Positions 50,458-63,359 of a DNA stretch of 64,000 nt are shown piece by piece (position 1 is the first letter of the stretch; each line of letters opens with the position of its first letter). The notes beneath the pieces are model-generated. The model ran no database searches. It was not told the origin of the DNA and saw only the letters and a list, made by a program, of their open reading frames with translations. The translations under genes were made by a program, and so were the position numbers. The stretch lies in assembly GCA_010015805.1 (NCBI GenBank), contig ML978133.1, forward strand, positions 558,001 through 622,000, read 5' to 3'. This DNA comes from Rhizodiscina lignyota. Its lineage: Eukaryota.

Positions 50458-51169
50458 TGAATGACTACGTGCGAACGTAGGTTTGCTTGGACAATATTGA
50501 TGACATACTTAGACGATTGGCGGTACTGTGTGTAAATAGAGGCTTGATCTTGACTTTGGCACTTCAGGAAATACCACAGATCAGATAGAGAGGGATTTGG
50601 TACTTGTGATTCCCAACTGACTAGTAGACCGCTTGATATTGCTGGAGACGGAGAGTCTTGGCGGTAAACCGAAAATATGTACCTTCCGGGGTGAACTTGC
50701 TCTGGAATCGAGGCAAGCCAATCTGAACACAGAGCAATATATTTGAAGTCTCTTAAATACTCATAACTACTTTAGCCGGTTATGACCCACTGCCGAAGCA
50801 AGGGGTGGTGTGATATTATGAACAACCTCGGAAATCATGCATCAAGTGGGTCCGGTAGCACTTGAAAGGGAAAACCTCTGCCATCCTCCAATAGTAAGGG
50901 CATATATTCTTACATTGACGATTTGACGCACAAAGCTTACTTCTGAGCCTCAGGTAGATATCAGGGCACTACTGGCTTTGATGTCACACATATTGCTCGC
51001 CGTTTTATGGAAGAACCCACCATTCGAGTAATCATTTCAATACACCGTTTCGCTACGTACTTGAAGTATCACCAAGGATACAAATTCATCAAAGAGTTTG
51101 CACGACTATCGGGATCCAAGTGTAGATTATAGCTCTACTTTCAATGGTCCGTCCGAACAATCGGCAAAA

Positions 51170-52567
51170 ATGACGCGGTCAATGAACGGGCAATCTCCAT
51201 CGACGAGACCACCCACGACTGCGGAATACGCAAAATTCGTCGCTCAGTTACAGTACAACGAAATACCTACATATGTAATTGACAAACTTCGAATTCTGCT
51301 CTTAGACTACCTGGGTGTCGCAGTCGCAGGCTCTCATCTTGCAGAATCAACAAGATCTTTCGTTACTGGCATCAAAAAGGTCGACGGTGGAGGTCATGCC
51401 ACAGTGATTGGGGATAGCCAGAGCTGGGCACCAAATTATGCTGCACTTATCAATGGGGCTCTCGCGCACTCCCTGGACTTTGATGACACTCATATGGGCG
51501 GCGCAGTCCATCCTGGAGCCAGTGTGATCTCAGCAGCTCTGGCCGAGACTGAGACGAATCCATCGGCATCGACAGCAGACATGCTCACCGCATTAGCCGC
51601 AGGCTACGAGATCACATGCAGACTGGGTGTTTCAATATCTGCCGCTGGGTATGCGCAAGGCTTCCACAACACCGGCACCGTCGGTATATTCGGCTCTGTT
51701 GCAGCCATCGCTAGGTTGAGAAATCTCGAAGCGTCAGTCATTGAGAATGCTTTCGGAATTGCTATATCGTTGGCGTCTGGGTCGATGCAGTTCTTGTCCA
51801 ACGGAAGCTGGACCAAGCGACTCCATCCCGGCTTTGCAGCACACAATGCCTTCATTTGTGTCTCACTCGCTGAAGCAGGCACGATGGGCGCCGCAGAACC
51901 CATCGAAGGGAAGTTTGGCCTCTTCAAAGCTTACGCAAATCGGACGTTTAGAGGTGTGACTTTGCCGCTCAAACAGCACTGGGAGTTTGTCAAGACGGCC
52001 ATTAAGCCTTACCCAGCGTGTCGGATGACTCACGGTTACATCGAACTAGCCGATAAACTGGGGGAAAAGAGGAGGGAAGGGGTCAAGCGGATCACCTTGG
52101 GGCTGGCAAAGGCAGGCTGGCCGATCGTGGGAGAACCTAAGCCAAACAAGGTCCACCCGGAGAACATTGTCGATGCTCAATTCAGCGCTTATTACCAGAC
52201 TGCAGTCGCGTGGCTGAAGGGATCTACTCTGGGGTGGAAGGTATACGATTTCCTAGATGAGCCCCCTGTGAGAGAGCTGGCAGATAACATTACTGTGGAG
52301 ATCAACAAAGCCTTCAAAGGATTGGAGACGAGCCTGCGCGTTGAATACAGCGATGGTTCAGTCGCTGAGGAGTATTTGAAAGAACCACGAGGTGAACCCG
52401 GCAATCCAATAACGTGGGAGGCCGAGAGAGATAAATTCCTCGGCATAACGACTGAAGTACTTGGGGAGAAGAGGGCCAAACGTGTCTGCGACGTAGTGGA
52501 GCATTTTGAAAAGTTTGAGATTAGAGCGTTGTTGGAATTATTGGCAAAGAGGAGCTCTGTCCTGTAG
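51170..52567 (+). CDS. MmgE/PrpD family protein (aconitate decarboxylase/IDS-epimerase/2-methylcitrate dehydratase superfamily), intronless
   Basis: AALINGALAHSLDFDDTH...HPG...GYEITCRLG...GFHNTGTVG...WTKRLHPGFAA...IEGKFGLF...IKPYPACRMTHG...AQFSAYY...PRGEPGNP. Confidence 0.92.
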   Translation: MTRSMNGQSPSTRPPTTAEYAKFVAQLQYNEIPTYVIDKLRILLLDYLGVAVAGSHLAESTRSFVTGIKKVDGGGHATVIGDSQSWAPNYAALINGALAHSLDFDDTHMGGAVHPGASVISAALAETETNPSASTADMLTALAAGYEITCRLGVSISAAGYAQGFHNTGTVGIFGSVAAIARLRNLEASVIENAFGIAISLASGSMQFLSNGSWTKRLHPGFAAHNAFICVSLAEAGTMGAAEPIEGKFGLFKAYANRTFRGVTLPLKQHWEFVKTAIKPYPACRMTHGYIELADKLGEKRREGVKRITLGLAKAGWPIVGEPKPNKVHPENIVDAQFSAYYQTAVAWLKGSTLGWKVYDFLDEPPVRELADNITVEINKAFKGLETSLRVEYSDGSVAEEYLKEPRGEPGNPITWEAERDKFLGITTEVLGEKRAKRVCDVVEHFEKFEIRALLELLAKRSSVL

Positions 52568-52738
52568 CTAAGTTCGTAATCATACAGTCGGTCCTCAAGA
52601 CTGGGTCGTCACATAGACATCAGTTGATACAATAGAGGAACCCTGAGCCTGTTCGTGACGAATGCTGCAATGTTATTAGACGTAATATACGCGCAGTTTA
52701 TGTTTACAATGAACATCTCCACGGCAAGTGATTGGAGT

Positions 52739-55165
52739 TTATAGCGCTAACCCGAAAGGATGTGTGTACCAATTATCTCTGGAAGTGAGTCCTTGGGCTG
52801 TGGGCCAGTCTAAATCATGAAAGCCATTAACAACGCTGCCTGGGAACAAGTCCCCAAGTAGCGTCTCAGTTGTGCACTCTTCGCGATGTTCTGTTGAAAT
52901 GATAGCATGATGCGGAGTTGGATCAGATCTGGAGGAATTATCATAACCAACAGTGTCCAGATACATTGAAGCAGAGCCGGGTAATGGGACCGGAAAAGTA
53001 GGACTGAGCATGACCCTTGGACTTTCGTAAGATCTTGCAAGATCTAATGGCATATCTCCGTCGGCCACCATTGCATGTAAGCCCGCATTCGGAGTTATTC
53101 CGGATGCTTCAATGTCCTTTCGTCCAGTGTCTAGGATGTGCTCAATCGCTCGGATTGTTCCTCGTGCTGTGGGAGAGTCAGACCCTAGAATTTGCAACTG
53201 TTGCAGAGCCTTTTCCGCCGTTTGAACTGCCCTGGACCGCTCAGATCGAAGAAGTGGGTTTTGGATGACTCGTGTTAGATGAGACGTACACTCCTCGAGA
53301 GAGCAGGTGAGGAAATATGTCATTGGTCGGAGTTGAGTTTTGGAACGATATGAGCTGAAAGCGCTTATGGAATCCACAATTTCTCTGGAGAGGTCATTGC
53401 AAATGCGGCCTGCTTCAATGGACGGTTCGTGTCTTTGCTTTACGGTTTGGCGAGTAAGCATACGAAGCAAATTCAATCTCTGTGACAAGTCTAGGCGTCA
53501 GAAAAATATTCAAAAGTTACAGGTCTTGTTTCATTGCACAGGTGTGGAGCATACCGTATTGATTACCAGTCGCCTCGATATTTCCAGTTCGGAGAAGGGG
53601 TCAGGCTCAAATCGCCAACTGTTGCTGTCATCGCATCTCAGCCATGCGGATAGTCGACGTTGTGCGTGTACAATGCGAGTATCCATGAGCTCCACTTCCT
53701 CAGGATTAATATTCGTAGGAGTTGACAGGCCGAGAAATTTGTCCCAAATTTTGGACCACAGCTTCGCCAGATTGATGAGGGCCTGTAAGAATTCATTTGT
53801 CCGCATGGTCGCCTTTGCCTCGGTTGTTGTATGATCATCTTCTATTACCTCTGTATGGTGGAACTCGTCGACATTGACTTCTTCATCGCGAATGATGTAC
53901 GGCTTGCTACATTTCTCTGCAACGCGTCGCTCCAAGTAGTAGATGCACCACCAGAGCCTCTTTCGATATAATCTCTCATGTGGTGCGCAGTATCCCCAAG
54001 AAGACTGATCGTTGAGGTTAGCACGCAAAGCAATGCGAGTGGATGTCCAAATTGCGTCCATGGCTGAGATGGGATGTTCGGCCTGCATAAGGTATTGTGC
54101 CCGTAGTAAATGGTGCTTCGCTAATTCCAAAAGTCGCTGAACTTTTGGAGACGTGTCGCTGATAAGCCGACAACCTTGATTGTAGTATGACCAGCTCTGA
54201 CATCGCTTCTCCTCAGGACCCTCCAGATGCTCCAAACCACATCCCACAGCCAGCCTTGTCAAGAGCTGAGATACCAAGACTGAGTCGCGACGATTGAACA
54301 GAACAGCTGATGCTCTTCGAGGGCCACCCCGCCCCGCTATGAATCGCAGGCCTTCATTTCCGATCTGAACGGGGTCCAAGACTGGCACATAAATTGCCAT
54401 GGTATTGGCTCCAATGCCCAATAGTCTCTGGACTTGCGAAGACTCCGGTAACGCAACTGACATGCGTTCATCTGCGTCATGAAGATGGAGGGGCTTGTCA
54501 CCTAGGGGATTGGGCCTCCATCGCCATTCCTCGGATAGCGCGAGAGCTGGTGTAGGCGTCTCATCCAAGGAATGCCAGTTCTGTTCCAATTCCTCCGGCT
54601 GCGAATCGGAAACAGTATCGGGCACTCCGTCCACATATGAGGTGAATTCGACAGCGCCTGAACTCCTGCGCTTGGTAGGTTTTCTGCTCGCGTAAATATC
54701 CGACCGCATTCATTTTGAAAGGGAGACAAACTTTGACAATGATGTCTTATCGCTGAGTTCTCCAATGAGTTTGAGCGTAGCCTCCAATTCCCGCACTCGA
54801 TCTATGAGGCTTTGCGACGCAATCTCTTGGGGCTCTGGATCAGCAACGAGAGCAGGCGATGGTCGTGCATCTCTACGCTGCGTTTTCCGCCGAGGGTTGT
54901 CTGGGTAGACGCAGCTTACGTCTCGGTCGCGGCAGAGCAAGCACGTTTTGTGCCCAGAGCACTTCCAAGAAAGACGTTAACCCTGATTCCTGACACTAGC
55001 ATATTGTCAAACCTTTTGCTTCCGTCGTTGACACTCTAGGCTTTGGAAATCAGTACTTTTTGAAAGTTTAATGCAGAGGCTTGGATCTTACCATGCCACA
55101 CTGGTGTACTTCTTCCTGAATCGCCGTTTCGCGCCCACCGGAGGTTCAAATTCGATATCAGACAT
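52739..55165 (-). CDS. Zn(II)2Cys6 transcription factor with fungal-specific middle homology region (multi-exon)
   Basis: Spliced zinc cluster VACLECQRRKQKCSGHKTCLLCRDRDVSCVYP; Fungal_trans-like ERLYRKRLWWCIYYLERRVA. Confidence 0.92.
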
Positions 55166-55522
55166 GCTTTTCGATAATCATTTACAGAGTAAGCAAACTC
55201 CGCCTCCAATGCCTAGTCCGAAGGCCCGCCACCGCCTTCATGCGGGGCCCCACGTCCATTTATAATATGCATCTCGTACGCACGGAGTAACTTGCGTAAG
55301 ACGGTTAGCCCAAGGAGACTTTTGGAGACAAGGAAAGGGCAAGGCTCGGCCAATCGGGGGGTGGGTGGAAATAGACGCTAACCAAAAGAAGCGTAGTCTG
55401 CAAAGGCCTTGCACTTCACCCTGGTCTCAAATGCACACATCCGCGACATGCGTTCTAATACATTGTTTGATCTTCAATCGTCGACATAACGACGCGTTGA
55501 GCGAGTCCCTGAATCACAGTTA

Positions 55523-57085
55523 TTACAAGGCGGGCCTTTGGCCATGACCATTCTCCCCGTTGATCCAATTGTCAAAACCCTTTATGGCAGCCTCCAGCCT
55601 GTCGGAGCCCATGATATCATGCTGATACTTGCCGTCAATCCATATCCATTTGCTACACGAATTCCAGCTCCAATTTGCCAGTTCTGCATCTCGCTCCTCT
55701 TGTTCTTTACCATCTGGAAGATGATACATCTCTCGGTTCTGGTCTGCGCCTCGCACGTTAATTGTTGTGAATGGCTTCTGCACCTTCTCGTAAAGCTTCA
55801 GCACTTGAGGAAGACTGATATCACGAATATCAAGTATAGACTGGTCCGTACGCGAGAAGCGGCCTAGGAGGTAGCCTAGAATGACTGCGTCTTCTACGGC
55901 CATCGCAGCACCTTGAGCTTGGTATGGCAGCGTCGGGTGTGCGCAATCTCCGAGTAGAACAACGTTATTCTAACTCGGGTTAGAGACTGCTTGGTGTACG
56001 ATATTGAGCGTTACTGACCTTTGTCCAGGTTTCGAGTTCACCATGATGAACAAGTCTCCATTTCAAGACCGACGGGAAGCATGATATGATTTTCGTAATG
56101 CTTGCGACGCGTCAGAACGGCTTTCTCAATAATCAAAGGAGTTGCGTACGCTGGATCCCAGCCAACAAATTCCTGTCGCATTACTTCGATATCTCCCACC
56201 TCGGTCCTCGTGCCCTCTGTAAGGTCGTCAGGTTTCAACAAGACCAGGTTAAACTCTTTTCCGCCTCTAACAGGGTAAAAGACTGCATGTTTCTCAGGCC
56301 CAAGCCATAATGTCACGGCCTTCAAACTGCATAGAGCATCCACCTCCTTATCATGCAGCGCATCTAGAGTCTCCCGCGGTATCGTTCCTCTATAAGCGAG
56401 GTCACCAGTCTCCTCTGGATTAACGGGACTTGTTAAGACTTGGTTTCGTATAGTTGACCAAACCCCATCCGCGCTCACTATCACATCACCGCTTTCACTT
56501 TCCCCATTGTCAAGTATAACCTCTGTCGTGTCAAAGTCCACCCTCTTCACTTCGCAGCCCGTCCTAACTCTCACGCCTTTCTGGATTGCTTGATCGAGGA
56601 GAATTCTTTGGTAGTCGGCTCGATGAATAACCCTGAGCGATGGTGAACATCCGAAGGGAGAGGCAAAAAGGTGCCATTTTCTTACATGGCAGAATAGCCA
56701 AATTCCTTTGCGCGCAAACGATAGTCGCGTTCAGCGAGTATTTTGCCGTCTTTCCAACGCCGCAGCGTTCGCGTTTGAGTTTCCGTTGCCTTACTTCGGA
56801 TCGCATCCAGCACGCCCAGTCGGTCGAGCGTGCGAACAGCATTCGGAGGCAACTGAATTCCAGCACCAATCTGTAATAATCTTTTAATTAGTCCAAAATG
56901 GCGACATGAAAGTTATCTGGGGCGTTCAAATTGACCTCTAAGATTTCAGGTGCCCTCTCAATCACAACGGCTTCCAGTCCCTGCTGCCGGCACGCAATTC
57001 CACACGCCAACCCGCCCAGACCAGCACCGACAATTACCACTCTAAGTGGCCTTGAGGATTTTCCATTAGGCTCAAGGGGTTGCAT
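55523..57085 (-). CDS. Group A FAD-dependent aromatic monooxygenase (salicylate hydroxylase-like), multi-exon
   Basis: VVIVGAGLGGLAC (Rossmann fold), E-IGAGIQLPPN, DVIVSADGVWSTIR (DG motif), LLGDCAHPTLPYQAQGAAMAVEDA (GD motif). Confidence 0.92.
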
Positions 57086-57482
57086 CTTCGAAATGGCGGG
57101 GTTCTTGTTGGTTCCGGTTTCGCTCACGTGGGAGTTTGTGGTAGTATATGTTCGAGAGTTTTTCAAAAAAAAGAGCAATCATCACAATATTAGTCGAATA
57201 ACATGTGGAGAGGCTTCTAGACAAATCTTTTGGCTCGCGGCATACAACGGAAAGACAGGTCAGCCCCTCGGAACCACGTATCGGAACGAGGAACCAAGAG
57301 TTCGGAACACGCCACATGGCCAGCAAAGAGTAGTCTCGGTGTTTTGGCAGCCGCTGCATCCATTGAGAGCAGGATAGGTGTTGTCATTACATTTACGAGT
57401 ACTGACAGCCTTATTCCGCGTCTCGCCTCTCTGCTCGATCACTCTGTTCCAGTCGATACGTAACTCGTCCAGTCCGGCTTCA

Positions 57483-58524
57483 ATGGCTCCACTTACAATC
57501 GAAACCCCGCATGTCGCCGCGGAAGTCCTTGAGCAGCGCAATAGCTTGTTAGACAAATTCGAAAAAGGCAGCTCACAGCAACCTCAGGTGCTTCGAGATG
57601 CTGACGCGGCAGCATACCGAAAGATGAGAGCGGAAGGTACCAACGGCTTTGTTCCACCACGCTTCTTACCGGAAGCTGAGAATATCACAATTCGAACTCG
57701 AGATGAGCAGGAAATGAAGTTGAGAATTGTACGACCGACATCTGGAAAGTCACATGGGTGTTTTCTTCATTTTCATGCAGGTAAATATCACTCTCTTCCT
57801 ACTGTATCGGCACATCAATAACATAGAACTAGGCTCCTTGGTATTCGGAAGTGCAGCCGGACAGGACTTTTACCTCGCTCGACTAGCAAATGACCTCGGA
57901 CTCACAGCAGTGTCGGTCGACTATCGCCTGGCACCCGAATATCCGTTCCCAAAAAGCCAGGAGGATAGCGTAGACGCAGCCCTCTTCGCACTATCATCAG
58001 CAGGAATCGAGAAACTGGGCGGACCTCTGCGCCTCCTAGTAGGAGAATCTGCCGGAGCATATCTGGCCGTTAGGGTTGCTCTCTCTCTTCGAGATCATCA
58101 TAACGTGCCTGTGGCGCACAAGCTTGCCGGCCTGATCTGCAGTTATGGCACTTACGATTTGTCCTACACACCATCACTGCTAAGCCATACTCGAAATATC
58201 ATTGTGAATCGCGAAAATCTACAACTCTGCACTGAAGCCGCGTTCCCAAAACTGTCAACAATGGACCGCAGAGATGCCAAGTACTCGCCACTGTACGCTG
58301 ATCTCCGCAACATGCCACCGGCACTATTTCTCTGTGGCACGGAAGATCCTTTCATCGACGACAATGTATTCATGGCTTCGAAATGGAGCTTGGTAGGAAA
58401 TCATGCGGAGCTCAAGCTCATTCCAGGCGCTGGGCATGCTTTCACTTTGATTCCAGCAGGAGAGGTCCAAAATGCGGGCTTGTCTGAGATTGTAAAATTC
58501 GCAAAGGCTCTCCTGCTGTTGTGA
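57483..58524 (+). CDS. Hormone-sensitive-lipase family esterase/lactonase (Abhydrolase_3); 2 exons
   Basis: SVDYRLAPEYPFP, GESAG nucleophile, GTEDPFIDD, GAGHAF; the oxyanion region reads HFHAGS across intron 57781-57832. Confidence 0.9.
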
Positions 58525-58965
58525 AAATACACTAGAACAAAGAATCTAGAGAGTGACAGTATTGACAGTCGCCCTTCATAAAGTGTCTCTCTCAAGGCGA
58601 ATCTGTTCAGATCTACAACCGCACCTTAATAATGTGACTCGTCAACTTTAATGTAAGTTACGAGGAAAGGACTGCGCAAGCGCAAGACTTCGACTCGCAT
58701 AAACGACACCACGTATCAGGATGGTGTTCAGCCGACACTCAAGAGGTGTGTGCCCAGGCTCCACTCGGTTGAAGGGAGAATAGACGGCTTCTGTTGCTGC
58801 AGGAAATACCAATCCCGAATTCCGAAGGAATTTCATCGGCACTGAAGCAAGGTCTAGACACGGCAGAGCATGTGCGGTGATTGATCTAGAAGTCCACAAT
58901 TGACGTCAATAAAGCTACCTTCATTAGGCCCCAAGGATTGATGAACGTGTGCAGAAAACCTCAAG

Positions 58966-60903
58966 ATGAATTCCATCGCAATGCGACCGGCGCCATTTGC
59001 TTGTTCGGACGAGCCAGCTCGCCAGCCGCGACGGATGCGGATCGTGTGCATTGGAGCTGGCATGTCAGGTATTGCCGCCTCGTATAAGTTCCAGAGGCAG
59101 ATGGAGAACGCCGAGTTTGTGATATACGAGAAGAATGAGGAAGTCTCCGGAACGTGGTGGGAAAATAGATACAAGGGTTGCGCGTGTGATTTGCCAGCAC
59201 ACTCGTACACATTTTCCTGGGAGGGAAATCCAAATTGGTCGAGATTGTGAGTCAGTCTGACAGATGATATAATGGAAGAATGAGCTAATGAGGAAGAAAA
59301 GCTACGCTGGAGCTGAAGAAATATTCGAATATTACAAAGGATGTGCTGAGAGGTGGGGTTGTATGAAGTTCATCAAGCTTAAACATAGAGTCACCTCCGC
59401 AACATGGAATGAGTCTTCTTCAACATGGAAGCTATTAATCGAGAATCGTAGCGGAGAGAATGTGGAGGATGAGGGCAATGTGCTTATTAGCGCGACGGGT
59501 GTCCTCAAGTACGTGCACGCGAACAACCCCTGGATAACGCGAAGCTGACACGTCTTAAGTCAGTGGCGGTGGCCGTCAATCGAAGGCTTGCATGACTTTG
59601 GCGGCAAGTTGATGCATTCAGCCCGATGGGATGATAGTTTTGAGTTTCATGGAAAGAGGGTTGCTGTTATTGGAGCAGGCTCGTCGGCTATTCAGATCGT
59701 ACCAGCGATCCAGGGCGGTACGACCACTCTCATCCGTGTTGATGTGATTTTCTGGCTAACGAAGACTAGACGTTTCCCAAGTGATCAGCTTCATACGGTC
59801 GTCAACATGGATCACAGCCGAGTTCGCAGAGCAAATGGCTTCAAATGGACGGGAAACGATCTACACTCCCGAGGAAATCGAGCGCTTCAACACAGACAAG
59901 GCGTACTTCCTCGAGTATCGGAAAAGGCTAGCAAGAGGTGCCACCATTTCGTACGATGTTTACCGTAAAGATTCAGCTTTGCAGAAGAATGCGGTCGAGA
60001 GAAACAAGAAGGCTATGCGCGAGAGGCTCAGCAACCGTTCCGATCTTTGCGAGAAAGTGATACCCTCCTTTGAAGTCGGCTGTAGACGGCTGACACCTGG
60101 AAGCGGCTACCTTGAAGCATTGGCTGCGGACAACTCCAAAGTCGTCTTTGACACTATCGAACGTGTGAACGAAACTGGCATCGTGACGAAAGATGGAAGC
60201 CAATATGATGTTGATGCCATTGTCTGTGCCACAGGCTTTGATGTCTCTCAAAAGCCCGCCTTTCCAGTTATGGGACGCAACGGCGTTGATCTTCGCAATT
60301 TTTGGAAAGACGCACCTATTCACTACTTATCGGTGGCAGTGCCGGATTTTCCGAATTACTTCAGTATGGTTATCTGAGAAATCCACATTCGTCTACGGAG
60401 CAGGTCGCTGACTATGTAATGTTTCAGTTGTCGGGGGCCCGAATAGTACCATCTCGAACGGCTCGTTGATATACGGCCTTGAAGCAGCGATCGACTACGC
60501 CTTCAAGTGCACACGAAAGATGCAGGAGGAAGGTATATCGAGCATGACTGTCCGAAGGGGGCCGACGGATGAGTTTCTCGAATACAGAGATGCCTTGATG
60601 CAACGGATGGTGTGGAGTGGAAGCTGTCGAAGTTGGTAAGATATGCAGCCGCTCTCCGTGCTCTGCTTCTAACAGATCTCATGCAGGTACAAGAATGGCA
60701 AGGTTGACGGGCCGGTAACTGGGCCTTGGTGTGGCTCTACCATGCACTACCGCCAAACTTTGAATGAACCCCGCTGGGAGGACTACGATATTCGATATAT
60801 CGGGAAGAATCGGTTTGCGTACCTGGGGATGGGAAGGATTAGAGGAGAACTTGAAGGAAACGACATGGCCTCCATATTGACTGATCACAGTCTCGAAAGT
60901 TAA
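58966..60903 (+). CDS. Type I Baeyer-Villiger/flavin-binding monooxygenase, multi-exon
   Basis: IVCIGAGMSGI, GTWWENRYKGCACDLPAHSY, fingerprint FGGKLMHSARWD, second Rossmann motif VIGAGSSAIQ, CATGFD. Confidence 0.93.
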
Positions 60904-61348
60904 AAGACCCAATGGCCACAGGAGGTACAAAACATACTGGGAAAGTCCCTTCCGCCTCGATTGCTAGTTTGTGTTCTACCAGCGTGAATGTCAAAGGTTG
61001 TGTCCATGTACGCAATAAACGCGATCGGTAAACAGAACCATCGAGCTTCAGACATAAAACAAACCCACAGCAAATGGGAATCAATAATGCAGCTATTACA
61101 TCGGGAACTTGTGGGGTGTTCGCTCGGCCTCAGCGCCCTTTGCCGTGTATCCCACACCACCCGCACTGAGCTTTCTTCCCTCAATCAAATCTTTTCAATC
61201 ATGATTGACAGAATTTCAAATACTGAGATTTTAAGAGCAATACAATGAGTGTCATGAACCCAATTAAGTACCAAGTGCGCATTGTATGGAGTTGACGAAC
61301 AAGGAGCAAAGTGACGACATCCCATTGCATTTGTAGATATTCCAAAAT

Positions 61349-62959
61349 CTACTGCCAGTTGATGTTCCCATTCGTGCCATTCTGACTATTCTTCGCCATA
61401 TCCCAGCCTTTGCCGGAGAGCTTTATGTTCGTGGGCTCCCGAACCAGTGACTTGTCGTTGAGTTCTTTCGCATCAACCCAATTTCCATGAATCTGTGGTC
61501 TCAGACGAAGGGGCAGGTCCGCAACTGCAACAGGTCGGCTAAAGTCCTGCGTGTCAATGAACACAACGTGGCTGGTGTTGACGTCTCGTCGCTCGACCAT
61601 GAACATTATCCAGCCATCTCCTTCAGGGGCATCATCGTGACGGGGTACGAACACTGGCTCCTGGCAGTAGCAGTTCTCACCTGGCCAGTATAATTTCCTT
61701 TCCCCGGTGCGCGTGTTGATCATAGCCACGGCGTTGAGGGACGTGTAGATGTTCTTGTTGTTGTCGCTGTGGCCGGGATGGAAGACGTTCATGAATATAA
61801 TCTCGTACTTTTTTGACATGAAGCGCTCGTCGATTCTCGGAAACTCGTTCGGAATATCCACCAGGACCTTTGGTTCAGCGATCTCGCTGCCAGTTGGGGC
61901 AGACGGATCGATTTCATACCGGACCAAGTCCACCACTGCTTCCTTCTTCGGTCTCCGACCATCTTCGGCTGGAAAGAACGGGAAGATGTTGTCGTGCGCG
62001 CGGGTTGTCTCGACATAAATCTTCCCGTTCTCTTCCCAGCCTGATGCAGTGTGACTGTGCATGCAGTTCTTGTTGTAATTGTAAACTCGGTATTCGCCTG
62101 GCTTCCAGCCCGCAGGGGGTTGATTCGGGCGTCGCGGGATTACGATGAAGGTTGATGGGAGGTCGTAGTTGTATGTAAAGTGATGTCCACCAGCCTTCAT
62201 CCGGTCCACGCTCGCCTCGAATGGCCAAAGAAGTAGAGTGATGAAGTTCTCACTTAGCGCCATGTCGTGTATGAACGTGACATGCGGAGACTTGACCCAG
62301 ATCTCGTTGTGCACCTTTCCATCTCGGTCTATGGAATATGCAACGACGTCATCTGATCCTGGGCCCTTTGCTTCGTATCCAAAAGTCACCAATTCGTTGG
62401 TGAACGGGTCAATTTTGGGGTGGGCTGTAAAGGCTTTGGAATCTACTTGATCTCCATACGGGTCGTACTCCAGCGTCTCCAATGTGTCAGGGTCCATGGA
62501 ATAACAGTTCGCAGACTCCCTCAGAACGAGGAGGCGCTTGTTCCAGTGAATGATGTTTGTCTGTGCCGTAGAGTCGACCACGCCACGGACACATGGATGG
62601 TCGGACCAAGGATTCTTGAACAACCCAAACAGGCTCCTGCGCGCACGTCGCTCGACCAAGTAGCGCTCAGTCTCGACATATTTGATCTTGAAGTCTACTC
62701 GTCCGTCTTTGATGCGGAAGGCGGTGACAACGCCATGACCATCAATCGGGCTTTGTTTGTTATGGGGCGGAGTGAATGGGTCTTGCGCAACCCGGTAAAA
62801 GGTCCCTTCAATCTGTGAAGGAATCGTCCCGCGGACGATAACATCGCCAATCTCTCCTTCCAAGCGCACTGGAGGGTTCTTGCCGCTCAAGTCTATGGTA
62901 TTAGACCATTTCGACCCAAGCTCCTCCGTCCCAGTCAGTGGCTTGGTAACGAAATCCAT
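61349..62959 (-). CDS. Carotenoid cleavage oxygenase family, lignostilbene-dioxygenase-like; intronless
   Basis: RPE65/CCO signatures with four Fe-ligand histidines (FTAHPK, FIHDM, HSHTA, IHGNW), plus EFPRIDER and QEPVFVPR...EGDGW. Confidence 0.93.
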   Translation of the reverse strand: MDFVTKPLTGTEELGSKWSNTIDLSGKNPPVRLEGEIGDVIVRGTIPSQIEGTFYRVAQDPFTPPHNKQSPIDGHGVVTAFRIKDGRVDFKIKYVETERYLVERRARRSLFGLFKNPWSDHPCVRGVVDSTAQTNIIHWNKRLLVLRESANCYSMDPDTLETLEYDPYGDQVDSKAFTAHPKIDPFTNELVTFGYEAKGPGSDDVVAYSIDRDGKVHNEIWVKSPHVTFIHDMALSENFITLLLWPFEASVDRMKAGGHHFTYNYDLPSTFIVIPRRPNQPPAGWKPGEYRVYNYNKNCMHSHTASGWEENGKIYVETTRAHDNIFPFFPAEDGRRPKKEAVVDLVRYEIDPSAPTGSEIAEPKVLVDIPNEFPRIDERFMSKKYEIIFMNVFHPGHSDNNKNIYTSLNAVAMINTRTGERKLYWPGENCYCQEPVFVPRHDDAPEGDGWIMFMVERRDVNTSHVVFIDTQDFSRPVAVADLPLRLRPQIHGNWVDAKELNDKSLVREPTNIKLSGKGWDMAKNSQNGTNGNINWQ

Positions 62960-63359
62960 TTCCAAACTGTTTCGTGAATTAGCAGTAAAGATGTGGAAAA
63001 TTATGCTTTAGAAGATATTTGAGTTGCAAATTGGCGATACTGAAAGCGTATCCCTTTATCTGTGAAGCTGCTTATTGGAATTTAAGTGGCCGTGTCGGAA
63101 ACTTCGGCTTTCACAATATTCAATTTCCGACGGAATAAACAGAGTAAATACCAGCTTACCCTATGGACTCTGATGGAAGTATGAACAACCCATGAGGTAA
63201 AAATCCTACGAGGAAGCAGTCAGTAAATGGAGAGCGGCGGATCGTGGCCACTTACAGCGGATATCACACCTACCTGCCAGTACGTGCATCGTAAGCAGCT
63301 TGCAAAGCCTCCGACAAGGGTCAGAATGCGATAAGGTAATACTTTACAACTACCTCCAA

